Below, in pieces: positions 49,251 through 61,200 of a DNA stretch of 64,000 bases; position 1 is the first letter of the stretch, and every line of letters starts with the position of its first letter. Origin of the DNA: Felis catus. Lineage: Eukaryota. The stretch spans positions 144,400,001 through 144,464,000 of the forward strand of contig NC_058368.1 in the NCBI RefSeq assembly GCF_018350175.1, in the 5' to 3' direction. The position numbers were made by a program, and so were the translations under genes. Below the pieces are notes generated by a model. The model was not told the origin of the DNA. It made no database searches and saw nothing but the letters and a program-made list of their open reading frames with translations.

Positions 49251-51680
49251 CTCCATAGTGGCTACTTTTTAGGTACTTTTAGTTATGGTGATATAATTAA
49301 GATGAATTCAGCCAAAAAAAAAAATTGCAAATAGTGTTCCTTTTCTTGCAAATGTGTGTTGGTGGTACTTATTTCTTTAAAAAAAATCTCCATTTATGTA
49401 AAATGAAAAACTTTTCGTTCTAGGTAAAGGCGTTCAAGGGGAATGGGAATTTGAGTTTAGTAAGTACCTTCTATGTGCCAGGCTCTGTGTAAGTCTCCAT
49501 TATCACATCTCATTTGAACCTCACTTCAGCTCTTGGAGATTGGTAATGTTTTATTCGTTTTTACCTATGCTAACACTGAGACTTACAGCATTTTTGGGAT
49601 ATAGAGATGATCCAAGTCCAGCTCCAGGTATGAAGATTGAATCATCTCGAGGAGTGCCTTAGTAAGGAAGCTTTTTAAATAGATTGAGCTTCAAGAAATT
49701 TAAAATCTGAGTGGGCTGGGGGTTGGGATCACTGTTTTGTTTATTCTTATTTCCCTTTAAAAACTAAAGGGCAGTTGTGATTCTCGAGAAATATAATTGC
49801 AGACCATTGCATTTTCAAAGAAAAATGAGATTTATGTTTAAACAAACAATTTTAAATTTTAAACAAACAATTTTGCATGGCATTCATTTCCTTCAATAGG
49901 GGATCTGTAAAAATATTTGCACTTAAGTGAAAGTGCATATCCGGTTAGTCTGGTCCATCTAAGTAACTGTATGTGTCTTGCTTATTAGCAGGCAGGACAT
50001 ATAGGAGCAAAGCGGTATTTATTCTTATTTTCCTGGTAATGTTAAGTGTTCCATTCACCCTGATGTCAGTTGTTGTTGGTCTAAAAGATCTCCGTAGTTC
50101 TGGAGGTTTAAAGTAGTAGATACTTGTCATATTTGTGCTGAATTAAACATGTTGATTTAATTTTAAAGGGATTAAAGGTTATGTGATTTCCCCTGTCACC
50201 TCATTACTAACCAGTCATTTTAGCCTTCCTAACTTGACCACAAGCAGAGGATTTTAATCGTTTTATGGAATTAGGCAGAGCTGTACGCAAGCCCTGAAAT
50301 ACTTGTGGAGGGTGGGGAGTGTGGATGGTGGATTTTAGGTCTAGTTCATGTTGTTTAATTGATGCATAATAACCAGCTCAATATTTTCTTTTCGACCTTT
50401 GCTTCTTGAACATAAATGAAGGGAAATGGGATAAAAATATTTACTAAATGTTATAAAAAGTTTTAAAACGTAATTTAAGGAGGAGAAATGATTTGTTGCC
50501 TAAACTTTGTAATCATTCTTTCATTTAAACTTAAATGAAGAAAAATTCTATGGATTAGCAACATGTAGTTATTTTAATTTTGGTTACACTAAACCTTCCT
50601 ATTTATATTATTGTAACATAATTTGATTTCTTTGGGAATTAAAAAATAGAGATATTTTCCTTTCACTGGGTGATGATAAATTGTAGAGCATGTGTCATAA
50701 CCACGTTTCTGGTTTCAGCAAGCAAATGTTAATAGTTGGTTAAAACAATTGATATTGCTGTGTGTTTAATGCAGATATGTTTAAGGTGATTTTGTCCATA
50801 TTTTTCAGTAAATATGCATGCTTCGGTCAATGTAATTTTAATTTTGTAGAATAGGAAAACCTAGTCTTTAAGATTATTTTGTAATGAAAGAAGACAGGTT
50901 GACAAACAATTTGGCTTTACTTACTAGATCTTAAGTCCCAATTTTTACACTTTTAAACTAGCTTTGTGTTTTCATGCTTGTTCATTTGTATTATAAGAAA
51001 GAGATATATGTACTTATGTGTGTATGTTTATTGGGTTTGTTATCTTCTATCATTAAATATGAAACATTTGTTTTGCAGTGACATATTTTGGAGTTTACAG
51101 ATTTTTATTTATATCATTAACATTTTAGGATGTGAATTGTAAATTCAATCTGTCTACAAGTTAAGGAGTTTTATTTTTCGGGACTATATATTCTGTTTCA
51201 TTAATCGCTGTATGAATTCCTTTTTGAAATAAGCTTACCTTAATTTAAGACTGTGTATAGTAAAATATTAGTTAATATTTAAGTGAAACTAGAAAATGAT
51301 ACTTGTTAGGTATCAATATAGTACTGTCACAAACATTTGTTTATTTTATAATATTTGGTCATTATTCTAAAATTTACCATTATTCCAAAATTATTTGTTA
51401 TACTTCAGTTGGTATAATTTTCAAATATGAGCCGATTGTGAAGTTATAAATACATGATTTTGGCTCCACCAAAGCGTATATTTTAGCTTTTCTGCCCAAA
51501 GTGTATATTTTAGCTTTTCTGCCAAACATGATGGTGTGTCTGTTTAGAAAAAAACAGTAGCAGAATTTTCTTTCTTTTTCCTTTTTTTCTTTGAGAAAAC
51601 ATTGGTATCAGTAGGTGGACCAGAGGTGCAGAAAGCACATATTCTCACTTTTCCTTTTTACTGGCACTTGAAAAAATTAA

Positions 51681-52522
51681 TTTTTTTTTTGAGCAGCAGG
51701 CAAAAGTTTATTAAGAGTATAAGATCAGAAAGGAAGAATGGTATGAAAGCTCTCTTTACAGAGAGGGGGCATTCGAAAGTGAATGCTCGCCGACTACAGA
51801 CCAGGGACTTTGTTTGTTAGGGTTTTGGTTGACCCTAGGGGTTTAATAGGGGTAGTCTATGGCCAAATGTTCCTTGTGGGTCATACATGGTAAGACTTTT
51901 GTCAAATTCCTGAAGGGAACCTGAGGGGGAGTAGGTGGTGTCTGTTACATTCTTAAGAGGAACCTTAAGCCCGAGGGGGTTTGCTATGGTCAGACGCTCC
52001 CGTCGTTCTTCCAAAGTATGTGCTTTCCCCATCCAGAGACCTCAGGTCCTAACCTTTTCCTTTCTGCCTACTGAATCCTGTCTTTTCCTATCATATTCTC
52101 CGCCCACCCCCCCCCCCCCGAACATGTGACTGTCACTGCCATTAGGAATTGGGACAAGGACTGATCTTAACTGCTTCCTGCTGAAGGGGGCAGTCAGAGC
52201 AGGTTCTAAGGTCAATCCAAAGGTCCGATATAATGGGGAGGTGTTTGGAACATCTGGGCTAGCAAAATTTTCTCGGACGTCTTAGTTTTCTTGCATATGC
52301 GACGGCTTAGTTAGAAGACATTGATATCTTAGGTGAGCCCCCAAAGAAACGTTGCAGGGCTTTTTACCTCAGTATCTGGAGTTCATTGTCTCACAGCTTC
52401 AAAGAATGAAGAGGTGGACAGAAAAGGAGCCACAAGCAGAAGTTTATTAAGAGTAGAAGATCAGAAAGGAAGAATAGTAGCAACACTGTCTTTACCTGCT
52501 GAGAGGGACATTTGAAAGTGAA
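51681..52522 (-). mobile_element. Processed (polyadenylated) retrocopy of a class I ERV transcript: R-U5-PBS-env tail-PPT-U3-R-poly(A)
   Basis: Poly(T) at 51681-51690, 16 nt from TTTATT (51707-51712). R region repeated at 51691-51783 and 52427-52522. PBS-Pro-like 52326-52343. PPT at ~52096-52119 next to the TG start of U3 at 52093. Candidate TSD TGAAAAA(A/C)TTA at 51669 and 52519. Confidence 0.82.
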
Positions 52523-52626
52523 AAACTTATGATTCAAGGAAAAATAAAGACGCAAATCATTTTTCCTAAAACTCCTCACAGGAATGCCAAACGCCCCAGA
52601 TATACTTTTAAGGAAAAGGCAGAAAG

Positions 52627-52635
52627 GCACGTGCG

Positions 52636-52677
<42 letters not shown>
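52627..52677. repeat. (CG)n(CA)n compound microsatellite
   Basis: gcacgtgcgcgcgcgcgc followed by (ac)n. Confidence 0.95.
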
Positions 52678-52678
<1 letters not shown>

Positions 52679-53659
52679 GTTGGAGTTGATCAGTGTTTAT
52701 TTCAATCGTATTTGTTTTCTTTTTGAACTATAAAGAAAGACATGAGAAAGTTGGGGAGTCCTATAAAAGTCTACAGCATCAGAGTAGAGTCAGTTAATGA
52801 AAGTTAGAATTCTCGGAAGATCTGAGAAGACACAGACAGATAAAATGACATTAAAACAGCTATGCTTCAAAATAAAATTTATCGATCCTTTAGTGCTGTA
52901 TTTTTCTTAAATGTAGGCCACAGTTTCTTTTATTAGCCCTTCCCATACTCCCCAATGTGACATTGCGTGAGACCCATGATGATACAAACAGCAGGAGTCC
53001 AAGGGACTCTGGTTGCTGGTACTTTGCATTCTTTTCAGATTCCTGAAATGTTTTATTTTGTCATTGGTCTGATTTAATTTAGACAATGCCTGATTCATTT
53101 CCTGAGCTGTATTTATGAGCCTGTGCCATTTGTGTGACTAATGTAAACAGAGGGGTTAGTGCTGTCCAATAGAGGGAAGATTGGAAAGCTAAGAGGTTTC
53201 CTGGGAATAGCAATGTAGGAATGTGGAGGTGGTAACCTGGTCTACGGCTCATCATGAAAGTAGCATCCGAATTCCTCACGGAAGCCATGCCGAGACCATG
53301 TCAATGATGTGTAGGTATAGGAGGCTGTTCACATCTGATAGGAATTTGCTTTCTTTTAACTTTAGGTTTATCAGTTTCCAAGTCCGATGGTAGTATTGTG
53401 TATGGCTCGGTTCAAGAATGAAATTGCCAGGGTTTCTGTCTCAACTTAGCTACTCACCTATATGTGATCTTGAGCAATGTCTCTTTCTAAGCCTGGTCCC
53501 TGCCTGAAGACGAGCATCATGACAGTACCTACGTCATCAGGTTGTTGTCAGGCAGTCGTCCACACCAGGCTCTTAACATGGCATGTGAATAGTCTACACA
53601 TTTGTCAGCTGGTGTTTCCATTAAATTCTTTCTAATGTAATTCCTTGTTGGCTTTCTAC

Positions 53660-53894
53660 TTTATTTTATTTTTTATTCTTTTTAAAGTTTAAAAATTTAT
53701 TTATTTGGAGAGAAACAGAGACAGCATGAGTGAGGGAGGGGCAGAGAGAGAGGGAGACAGAGAATCTCAAGCAGGTTCCGTGCGGTCAGCACGCAGAGCC
53801 TGATTTGGGGCTCAATCCCATGAAACTGTGAGATCATGACCTGAGCTGAAATCAAGAGTCGGACTCTTAATCAACTGAGCCACCCAGGCATCCC
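53660..53894 (-). mobile_element. Can-SINE, intronic
   Basis: Typical antisense body. Confidence 0.9.
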
Positions 53895-55019
53895 ACTTTT
53901 TGTTTTCATTACTTTGGTCATTTAGCAAGTTTTTTCTTTCCTTCCTCTTTAGAAATGTTTTAAATTTAACACAAAATAGAATAATTCAGGGAATGCTAAT
54001 ATATCTATCTTCAGTAATCTCCAGCTTTCTGCTTTCTTGTGATCTTTGTTTCCCTCCACATATGCTTCTTTTTCTCCCCCTAGACTATTTTAAAGCAAGC
54101 TCTACACATTGTATTATTTAACTTATAAATAAGGATTTTTTTCTTTTTTGCATAAACCTTGTTTGGCACTGAATATTATGCTAAATGTGGCTCTCAAAAG
54201 AATGATCTTGGAAAGAGGATGTAACGTGTTTCTGTTTTAATGTGTGTTGTTATAATGGTCCTCATCTTTTTGCTTCTTTGATATCATTATAAAGGAAACA
54301 ACTTAAGACAGTAGTTGTGAAGACGTAAAGGTGGTGGAATTAGCTTTTAAATAAATTCCAGTATGTTAAATCCAAAAGAAAAGAAATTTGAAATCAGTTG
54401 TTTAGCTGTGATCATAGTGTAAAAATATTTTCATGATTTGACTTCACTCTAGGGGATATTAAATCATAGGGGATTCTCTTACTGAGGGTTCTTCTTTGCT
54501 TTATTGAAGTCCATTTTCCAAACTCTTAAGAGCTGTGTAGCTCGAAGAATCTTGTTTAGAGCAAGAATGAGTGCTTTCTCCTGTGGCATCCTTAATGCTG
54601 CTTCTCACGAAGCTCAGCTCGTGATTGGGGCTGATTGGCTCAGCTCATATTTGGGGACTAGACTGATCTCTGACCAGTCCATGGGTTGGCTGTTAAACTA
54701 GAGGGGTCGTGGGTGAGTTAGTTTTATGGAAAGTTTGGTGGGTGTGATAGACATCATTATTGACATGTCTAGTGTACTCATCAAGCTAGTTAATGCTGTC
54801 TTCATCAAACTAATATTAATTCGTTATGAGCCACATTCGCTTCCTTCACTAGCAGTTTTATACCCTCACCGTATCAATATGATCTTTCCAATAATATAAT
54901 TTCTGTCCTCTGGTCTTGATTGACCTCCTGTATTGTTTAGGGATCATGTTCATAATTTTCCCTTACTTTTTAATATTTTAATATTCAAAAATTATTTGAA
55001 TATTTTTCCTTTAATAATA

Positions 55020-56630
55020 AATTAAATATAAACTTTTTAAAAAGTATAGCAAATGTAGAGAAAAATGCACAAATTACAAGGATGCCAGTTGATGCACTTG
55101 TGCAACGTGACTGTGTGTAAGCAGCACCCAGATCAAACTATTAACATGATCAGCCCTCCAGAAACTAACCTCATGTCTGTTCCTCTTCACTACTCCTAGA
55201 CATAGAAAGCCACCATCCTTACTAATAACATTAGGGATTGCTTTTGCCTGTTTTTGAACTTCATCATGGACTCATGCAGTAAGTACTCCTTTGCGCCAGG
55301 CTTCTTTCCCTCAATGTCATCTTTGTGAGCTTGATCTGTGTTGTTGGATGTTGTGGTCCATTTGTTTTCATTTCTTGTAGTATTCTACTGGACGAACATA
55401 CAAGATCTTCCTTGACTTACAGTAGGGTTATGTCCTAATAAACCACTGTAAGTTAAACATATCATAAGTCAAAAATGCTTTTATATACCTAACCTACCAA
55501 ACATAGCTTAGCCTAACGTACCTTAAATGTGCTCAGGACACTTATATTAACCTACAGTTGGGCAAATCATCTATCACAAAGCTTATTCTATATAAAGTGT
55601 TGAATGTCTCATGTAAATTATTAAATACTGTACTGCAAGCAATAAACAGAATGGGTGCATGAATGCAGAATGGTTATTAGTGCATCAATTGTTATCACTC
55701 ATGACCACATGCGTGGCTGACTGGGAATTGTGGCTCATTGCCACCAGCAAGCATCATGAGAGAGGACCACACTCTGGGACCAGTAGCCCAGGAAAAGATC
55801 AAAATTCGGAATTCAACGTGTGGTTTCTACTGAATGTGTATTCCTTTTGTACCATCAAAAAGTCAAAAAAATCATAAGTCAAACCATTCCAAGTTGGGGA
55901 CTGTCTGTATAACTTTCTTTATCTCGTGTTGATGGATATTTGGATTGTTCCCACTTTGAAGCTATTTTAAATACTAAGGATACAGAAATTACTGTACAGG
56001 TCTTTTGGTGCACATACACATATGCATTTCTGTTGGGTATATACTTGGGAATGAAATTGTTGGTTCATAGGACACACATACATTTGGCTTCAGTAATTTT
56101 AGCCAATTTTCTGAAATAGTTTTATATTGGTTGATGTTCCCACCAGCAGTGCAGAAGAATACCAGTTGCTCTACATCCTTTCTAACCCCTGGTATTATCG
56201 ATCTTTTAGATTTAAGCATTCTAATGGGTCTGTAGTAGTATCTCCTTTTGGTTTTCATTTTCATTTCTCTGATAATGAGGTTGAACACCTTTTCTATTAT
56301 TTATTGACCATTTGATTTTTCTCTGCTTTGAAGTGCTTGTTCAATCTTTCGCCCATTTTTATGAGTTATTTTACTGATCTGTAGGAGTTTTAAATATTAA
56401 TTTAAACTATATGAATTGCCATTTTTGTACATTAAAATTCTTGAATATCATAATTGCATATTGTTCATTCTAATATATTTGAGGACATGATTCCTTTGTT
56501 AATTATATATAGTGCAAATGTTTTTTTACCCTGGCTTGCCTTTCTACTCTCTTAAAGGTGTCTTTTGATGAAGAGAAGTTTAAAAATTTAATGTAGTATA
56601 AATTACCTTTTATTTATGGCATTTGTCTGC
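55020..56630 (-). mobile_element. Old L1 (L1ME-like) 3' UTR and ORF2 end, split by MER47
   Basis: Minus ORF 55989-56288 (IIREMKMKT...GVRKDVEQL...TAGGN) is L1 ORF2 C-terminus. Confidence 0.75.
55401..55907. mobile_element. Tc1/mariner non-autonomous element (MER47/Tigger5 family) inserted in an old L1 3' region
   Basis: TA on both sides (55399-55400 and 55908-55909); imperfect TIRs caagatcttccttgacttac / aagttggggactgtctg; body matches the recalled MER47 sequence. Confidence 0.8.
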
Positions 56631-57019
56631 CCATGATATGAATGGGGGTAGGGACAATATCTGGAAGTGCTTTGTGTGGAAGGGGCAGGAGTCGGGGCCC
56701 TCCCCTGCTGCTCTGTGGTCAGCGCAATCAAGTGGATCACAAATGATGCTGTAGTAAGTAAAATCGAATGTGCTTGCAACAGTTTCAAATTGCCATGCCA
56801 GGGTGTTTTCCCTTTGGGGGAAGGCTGAAGAGGTAATTCTAAAAGACAAAAATTCATAATGTTCTGTCTTCCATATACTTTTTGAGGTCTGAAATAATTC
56901 CTCCCCTACTACACCTATACCTTTCATGTGTAAGGGTCAGGTCCAAGAGGGTTAAGGGAGGGCATCTTTATCAAACTTAACCAGAGTTAAGCTTGAGTCC
57001 CTGATGCCCCTTTCAGCTC

Positions 57020-58160
57020 GGCTGCCTCTTGGAGTATGTATCAACCATGCTGGTCTGGAGGTGCTGTAGTGAAAAAAAATATATCATATCCACAGTGCTT
57101 AAGATGGAATCCTCAGTTTTCAAAATATAAATACATAATGCCCTATAACTCTTTCTACTGTCATTCCCCAGGAAGTTGCCAAGAAAGAATTGTCTCTTCT
57201 CTTTCTTGGAATACCTACTTTCAGAGATCAAACTGCCTTACTAGAGCGTATGAATGGGAGGGAATAAGGAAGAGAGAGGTGGACAATCAATCCATTGTTG
57301 ACTACACAGATTCATTTCAAGGGCCACAATGGTGTGGCTGGGAGCAGCTAATCAGTAACTGAAAATTATGAACAATGGTGAGGCAGCACTTAGTACCCTG
57401 AGAGGGGTTCAGAGGTCTAATGTAGCCAATCTGCCAGGAGTGAGAGGAGGTAACACCCCTGTGACATGGCCTCTTCCATTGTGAGACAAACAGGTCAGCT
57501 TGTGGCAGGAGTCACACATCTGCCCTGCAGTGGTAGCCTCTGCCTTAGAAACAGAGTCAGGCTCCATCAGCCTTGATGAATCAGCCTACTTGATTCCAGT
57601 AGGTTCACAGCCCTTCCTATGGGCATCTGCATGAGTGCTCCAGACAGTTCAGTCAGCAGACTTGGTTTGTTCCTAGGTTCGTGTTTCCAAAGAAGGGTCT
57701 CTTTAATTTTCCTGTCTGCAGTTTTCCAAGTGGTAGACCAAACAACTAACCAATGGCAACAGCCCAAAAGCATGAGTCCTACCCTCTGACCAGAGTAACT
57801 ACATCTTCTTTTGCTTCTGCATAGCTGGCACTGAGGCTGAATAGCCACAACACCCAGTGAATACCACTGGGTTTCAGCTTAGCCAAACCATCAATGAACC
57901 AGGCCCAGACATTTAGGGAATCTTTTGTGTATTGAAGGCCCCCTTGAGTCAATGGTTTTGCTTTAGGTAGCAGAACAGATCAACTTCTCCACAGAGGGAT
58001 ACTTGCTCCTGAGGCCAGACTAGCTACACTCTTGAACATACCTTTCCATTTGATGAGCAAGGTTTGGGCCCTTGTCTTGTTTGTTCTTGAGTCCAAGTTG
58101 ATTCATCCTAAAATGAGAATTTCAGGTTGGAAAGTTACAAGGCCTCTGTGGGTAAGTATG
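57020..58160 (-). mobile_element. Degenerate ERVL-class (class III) pol fragment: RNase H to integrase
   Basis: Minus-strand translation with frameshifts gives WAWFIDG (RNase H WFTDG), WSTTWK, HADAH, CDSC (integrase zinc-finger CxxC) and SWQIGYIRPL (WQxDYIGPL), in the expected order. Confidence 0.75.
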
Positions 58161-58184
58161 GACAAGGAATCAGCAATAAGCTAA

Positions 58185-58780
58185 TAGTTGTCTGCATGCC
58201 TTGTAATTTTGTTTGAATTTTGGGCATTGTCTATGAAAAATCAAAGAAATAATTGGAGGCTCTGCATGATATTATTTTCCTTTGGAGAGGATTTACTTTT
58301 GTTTTCTTGCAGGCATAAATATGGGATTTATGTTACATTAATCCATTCTATGATTCAGCTGGTGAAAGCTAGGTTTCAGGTTTTGTGAGAATATACCCAT
58401 TTTAAGTTTGCATTAATTTCTGAAGTGTAGCCTTTCCAGGATCTTATCTGGAATCCTGGATGTTTACAGAACTCTTCCCTCCTTGGTCTCCTCCATCCCC
58501 ATGAGACTACCAGAAACTCAGTGCTGGTTTCCAGCCTCTTATCTGCTGATTTCTGGTTGTCCTCCTAGCCTCTTGCTTTGTACCACTTAGAAACTGGCAA
58601 ATTCCTTGAGAGGAACAACTTCAAAGACAGTTAGACTCACTAGTTTACTTCCCTTTTCTACTGTGTCTTTACACGTTAGGTCCTGGCTTAGGTCTTGTTA
58701 TCTCACTGATGCTTTCAAATGGATATTTTTTTTTCCGTGTTGTGTCCAGCTTTTCTAATTGTTCTCAGTGTGTGCGTGTT
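58185..58780 (-). mobile_element. Ancient L1 5'-region fragment
   Basis: 'tgcatgccttgtaattttgtttgaatttt.ggcattg', 'tgtccagcttttctaattgttctcag' are typical of antisense old L1 5' ends. Confidence 0.5.
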
Positions 58781-60220
58781 GGGGGGCTGGAGAGTGGGAC
58801 AGGGTCTATAACAAGCTGCTTGGCCATTACCACTCAGCAATGAGTTTTAATAATGCATCTACAAATCAGTAAAACTCTTTTCAAAACAGTGGAAGAGTTA
58901 TTTTGTGTGTGTGTGTTTTTCCTGGATATTTGTCTGTTAATTACTTCTTAATCATTAATAATAAAATACTAAGACGTCAAATCATAATTATACTTATTTT
59001 ATCAGTTTAATTCTGAACATCTTTGAATATAGTGTTTTTGAAAAAATCAAACGAAAGTGTTATTTTGTAGTCATGAGATTTTTTACAGATGTTTATCTTA
59101 CTACTTGAGGATACTGAGATGTAAACCCCATTTTATTCCTTACACAGTGGATTTAGTTTTAAACTTTTCTTTTAGATAGTTTTCTCATATCTGATGTCTA
59201 TCTTTCTCCCTCCCCACCTTCACCTATCTATCTGTATGTCTATCTATCAATCATCTTAGTGTATGAGCACTTAATTTAAAGCACTTGTCTTTCTCCTGGC
59301 ATAAGTTAAACCTTTCTTCTAAGAAAGTAAACCAAAATACAATTAGATAATTTCATTTAGGATATTAACTTGTTAGTTATTTATACACAATGTTTTATAC
59401 AGTTGTAACAGCTACCATTATTGAGTGCTAATTTTGGATTAAAGAGCCAAGCATTCTACATATATTATCTCATTTAATCTTCATAACCACCTTGAGATGA
59501 CAGTGTCCTCTTTATTTTGCAGATAAGAATACTGAGACCTAGACTGGTTTACTAATTCACACAGGGAAAAAGTTTACTAAGTGGAAAACTTGGTTAATAG
59601 AACCTAATTTAGTAACTTAGCATTTCTTGAGTTTGGCCCTTAGCTAGGTGCTAGAAACATCTAACCAGGAGAGAAAAGATTTTGTCTTTAGTCTCATTCT
59701 TCTCTGTCTTGTTTCATTTGCAGTTTGAGAGGATGTCAGTCTCATCTGGCCACATTTGTAAAACCCATAAAGCAAGTTATTATTTCCTTCCCAGATTGAT
59801 GAACTTATGTCATCAAAGCAAAGCTGTGGTCTCCTATTTACCTAAGGGAAGCATTAGAACCAGTTCACATAACCTCCAATTTCTTATCTGCTTGGCCCTG
59901 TGCTGAGGGCCTGAGAGCTGGGTCGTGGTGGAGTAGGATGTTGGGGATCAGGTCAGTCTGTCTCCAGAGCTCCATCTTTCTCCTGTGCTACTGGCTTCCA
60001 TCACAGGCTTCCTTCTTGGTGTCTGCCCAATACCACGAGGGGCTCAGCACTGCCATTTCAGACCTTGCTTATACTATGGCTCTTGACTGTGAGAAGATTT
60101 CTTTATATTTTGATGTGAGTCCACATCCTCAGTGTCTTGATTTATGCTACCACTTTTTGGCCCCTAGGTCTAACAAGGTTGTAGTCTCCCCTGACCCAGA
60201 GCAGTGAATACTGTTGGTGA

Positions 60221-60372
60221 CAGGGAGAAAGGGAGAAAGAGAGAATCCCAAGCAGGCTCTGCACTGTCAGAGCAGAGCCCATTGCGGGGCTCAAACCCAC
60301 GAAGCATGAGATCATGACCTGAGATGATGTCAAGAGTCAGACACTCAACTGAGTGAGCCAACCAGGTGCCCG
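60221..60372 (-). mobile_element. Can-SINE lacking its tail, intronic
   Basis: Head and body present; T-tail not seen. Confidence 0.8.
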
Positions 60373-60654
60373 CCAAAAATAGGGAGAGCAAATTAATTAG
60401 GCTAATCTATGTGAACAGTGTTTTGTAAACTAAAATGTTATAAGAATAGTATTAAAAATTTTTCACAATTAAACTTTTTCATGTAAATAAGGGCAATTTA
60501 AACAGCAAATTAGTTGGAATTTTGATTAGTACTGATGGTATTCTGTTCATTTTATGGTCCATTTTGAGAACCAGATAGATTCTCTGCCTAGTTTGTGAGT
60601 ACATAGTTTTTAATTTTGATGGGCAATACTTATCCAAGGTTTTATGAAGCCAAG

Positions 60655-60680
60655 TTTTTTGTTTCTTTTGTTTCTTCTTT

Positions 60681-60734
<54 letters not shown>

Positions 60735-60917
60735 GGTATGCATGCACATGAGAGGGGGTGGGGCAGACAGAGAGGGAGAGAATCCTAAGCAAGCTCCATG
60801 CCTAGTGCAGAGCCCATCTTGGAGCCAGAGACGGGGCTCAATCTCACTACTGTGAGGTTATGACCTGAGCCAAAATCCAGAGTTGGATGCTTAACTGACT
60901 GACCCACCTGGGTGCCC
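60655..60917 (-). mobile_element. Can-SINE with (GA)n, intronic
   Basis: (GA)n at ~60684-60731. Confidence 0.9.
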
Positions 60918-61200
60918 TGAGTCCAAGGTAAGATTTTTAATTTCTATGGACAATATTTGGTGAATGACAAATTCCTTGAGAAATAGTTGGACGATTACTA
61001 AGTATAGGAGAATATTACCTATAAGGATAGATGACTAAAAAGGTTTTTCTTTGTCATTTAAATCCTTTCTGTTTTATGAATCTTTTCGACTGCAATAAAT
61101 ATTAGATATAGGAGAGTGATATTAATAGGTAATTTTTTTCAGAAGAAAGATGTAGCTAAGTTGCTAAATTGCTTTTTGTGCTTTAAAGATTCAAAGATTT

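Noticed and set aside
52120..52325. Domesticated syncytin-like env gene
   Set aside because: Only ~50 codons of tail remain, with several stops and no SU/TM ectodomain.
59680..59740. Strong + strand acceptor (...tgtttcatttgcag|tttgag) as RASGRF2 exon 2
   Set aside because: Downstream translation does not continue the PH domain and I found no matching donor; at most a cryptic site.
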